From Balanoglossus misakiensis (lineage: Eukaryota; Animalia; Hemichordata), in assembly GCA_040954595.2 (NCBI GenBank), contig CM082577.2, positions 7,403,846 to 7,467,845 of the forward strand: a stretch of DNA of 64,000 bases, written 5' to 3'. The position numbers were made by a program, and so were the translations under genes. Shown here one piece after another: positions 60,801 to 64,000 of the stretch. Below the pieces are notes generated by a model. That model worked only from the letters and a program-made list of their open reading frames with translations, did no database searches and had not been told where the DNA came from. Within the stretch, counting starts at the first letter, position 1, and each line of letters opens with the position of its first letter.

Positions 60801-63336
60801 ACATAAAGGGGGAAAGAAACCCGCGGCCTTTGCTTTAAATGGCGGAGGCCAGCGGTGATAGAAACTTCACAGCTGCGGTGCGGTGAACGGTTGCACTTGT
60901 GATCAAAGGCCTATACCCTTCTGTAACAAAGTGCAGGAATGCAAAACAGAGTGCAGTTCACTTGGAATGGTATTACAAGCCGACAATACGGAACACAGGC
61001 GAGCATGAGTATTCGCCACTGCGTCTGCGCATATCCCAACCCAACGTGGTTCCGGGCGATTTTAAGGTGGTACGCGCCTCGCGGACAGATTTTCAGAAAG
61101 CAGTACAGTCCATCAAACCTTTCAGTTCTGTGTGATATTAAAGAGTGTGAGGCGGTCTTTTTTGAAAATATAGAGACTGAAGAAAACTGGTCGTTTACCG
61201 TCTTTTTTAATACATGCACCGTGTTTACCTCCTAGATACAAATCTGACTCTTTCCTAGTAAAAAAATAACGCAGATGCGATAAAAGTTCATGGTTATGAA
61301 AACGCAAAAGAATTTGGAAGGTTACGATCAATGAGTTCGCGCATGCCCAGGAAACACAAAATGGGAAATGGGAGACCAAATCAGACAATCGGGGCGGCCA
61401 ATCCACATAACGTTATCGGTATTATACTAGTATTAACACAAAACGGTAGCGATATCTTTGGGTCAAAATTAAGTCTGCACTGCCGAGAATAGTACAACGC
61501 TGCGAGATAACATCAGCAGAGATGAGAATCCCTACCATCTTTTTTGTCATAGAATATGAATCTGAACATTAAATCTTATCGCGAAAACAAACACGACAGT
61601 CGCGGCACAAAACACGCGTTTATAAAAAAAAGCAATAAGGTATCACGCATGATGTTGCGGTGACGTACAATGTACTGCCAGACGACAATCGCATGCGGCT
61701 ATTGGTTTGATAACATTTTTTTCACCAGCATTGACAAGATTGATCAACCGAAGGTCCCGGTATACACTTAATTACACACAACCAACCAGGACTCATCATT
61801 ATCACACAGTACACCCTCAATACTTTTCCTGAATACTCACAGAAGAAAAGTTTTATCAAAGCAAACGAAATGTACCGAATCTTTCAGTCTGTCATTATAC
61901 CCCCAGGCCTTTACAGCTAATATTTCAAAGAATCGACTTTTAGGGCGAGTGGAGTGAGGGGATTACACGATGTAAATTTGCAATTCACAATCCTCCATCA
62001 AGAGATTTTCTTGTTGATCCACTGGTGCATAGAATTGATTGCCTGCTCAATATGAAAAAGGCGGTACAGCGAAGTCTGTGGTTTATGATCGATTGATTGC
62101 ATCACTCCGATTCTCAAGACTGTCATATGTAATGCATCGCGCAGGCAAATGAGTCAATTCTCAGAAGAGGGGAGTCGGATATTTTTGCCCCCCCCCCCTC
62201 CCCCGTCTGCAGTGTGTCGCATTCCAATGCATACGCGCGGCCTCGGTTTATGTCGATCAGGGAGAGATCGTGCATGTTCACAACATTAAACTAATAACTG
62301 TTAGCGGCAAAGCGGCAGTTGTCGCGAAAAACTCAGCCGTCTCCGCAGGCCATCGGAGATATCGCTTGCACGCGGATCCCGAACTCCACGAGACCCTACG
62401 AGATCTCGCGCGGCTAAGCAGTTTGTATGGGAGGACATTTTCACGTGACACAGACCCATCGTGTTTAACAGTGCACAAGTTGCAATATTATAGTTTTATA
62501 CAAAGCTTAACGTGTTTAAAGTTGACCAGCAATCCATTCCTACGGTAATTAATATATCGTAATGAGTAGACAATCGACTTTGATATAGCAAGTTTATGTA
62601 CTTTCATGATTACCTGTGTGACTCAAGAATCATTGGTCTCAGTGGAGTAACCATCTTATCTCGGGGCACCGGGTTAGTTAGAATTTTATGGTGATTATCT
62701 CCCTATAGTGAAGTGTTTCGATATATCGAATCATTAAAACGAGCCTCGCGACGCTAATCGCAGTGTGACTGTCTCTATCAGACCATTTAGTAAGGACCTT
62801 GACTCCTGCATTTCAATTTAAAAAGAAATAAATCGATCCACCATCAAAACTCTACACCACTCTTATGTTACAAAGCAGGCAATTTGTAGTGCCAGAACAG
62901 ACAGAAATACATATTGAAAATCTTTTCAGAGATCGTATCTTTAAACTCAAAAAAGTACTATGCTCTAATTAGTCGACGACTTTCTCCCCCCCCCCCTCCC
63001 TCTCTGTCTGTACATTCACTGTCCGTCGTATGATTGGACAGTGCATATTTCCTTGCAACGTGGTGAATGATGATTTGCCTCAGCTGGCGACCGATCAGGT
63101 AATAGCCACTGATGCGGCGTTCTTTGAAATGGAAAGAATGACCACCCAATGGGCGATGAAATGAACGAGACGAAAGTGACATCTAGCCTCTGGAGGACAA
63201 GGAGGTTATAATTTCCTGTCACACATGCGTCTTCCAGTGATCAGTCTCTTGTGAGCATGCACGCATGCGCCTCACGCCTTTTCAACAGTCATCTACCAAG
63301 AGCAGGCGTTATGAATATGTCCCTAACTTCTACCGC

Positions 63337-63369
63337 CACCACCACCACCACCACCACCACCACCACCAC
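63337..63369. repeat. (CAC)11 microsatellite
   Basis: Read directly. Confidence 0.9.
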
Positions 63370-64000
63370 AAAAAAACACGATTATTTCATACGCGGCTAA
63401 AAAGAGCCCATTTGGCAACGACAAAACGTCACGATTTAATATTACCGTGAACAATCATGTACTGACAGGTTGCAACATAAAACGTGTCCTTCCTCCTTTC
63501 TCTCAACACCTCTGAGACAGAATACGAGACGAAGAGCCAAAATTAGAAATCAGAAAATACTTGAAAAGTGAAACCGGCGCCTGCTAGGACAAGAAGAGTG
63601 TTTAATTCAACGACCTTTGTATTCATTTGAAAATCTCCTGGGTCCCTATTGATCTGACATTTGATTCTTTCACCATCTTCTCTGACTGTTACTATAACAA
63701 CAATATGGCACAATGGATCGCAGTACACATGAATTAAAATGCATCTGGAAAGTCTACATCCGTACCTATTTCGCTGTTTTGTACAAGACTTGTACACTGT
63801 GCATGTGTATATAGACAGAAATCATGACGGCCATTCTTCGCCTGTTTAAACGGTCACCGAACTGCGATTACCCGCAGACGGCAATGGGCGAACAAAGGCC
63901 CGATGCCGGTAATTTCGTTTTTCTTTTTCTGTCCGTAAAATGGGCGGTAATGGTTCGCTTCGAGTCATTTTACTCGCGGGGAGATTAATGCTTTAATGCA

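Noticed and set aside
61062-61100. TTAAGGTGGTACGCGCCTCG as a possible TTAA-type MITE end
   Set aside because: No matching opposite terminus was found in the window.
63265-63450. Poly-His ORF
   Set aside because: Produced by a (CAC)n microsatellite.

Overview
Animal genomic DNA with spliced genes; an invertebrate deuterostome is my inference, not something the sequence proves. (1) 1-9915: a satellite field. About 77 forward copies of an 88-bp monomer (A) flip orientation at ~6801-6805, then interleave with a related, internally palindromic 87-bp monomer (B). The field ends ~110 bp before (2) the terminal coding exon of a netrin gene (+, 10026-10342, C345C/NTR domain), so it appears to lie in the last netrin intron. 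(3) A complete 8-exon syntaxin-8 gene (-, 24199-15787, 236 aa) sits tail-to-tail with netrin, as human NTN1 and STX8 do. It has a U12-type intron carrying a TTAA-flanked MITE. (4) 18 coding exons (1202 aa) of a receptor-type guanylyl cyclase (-, 45828-32404) with a long disordered C-terminal tail; its 5' exons were not found in the remaining ~18 kb. All exon boundaries were checked by hand for GT/AG and reading-frame continuity. Most ORFs in the supplied track are spurious.
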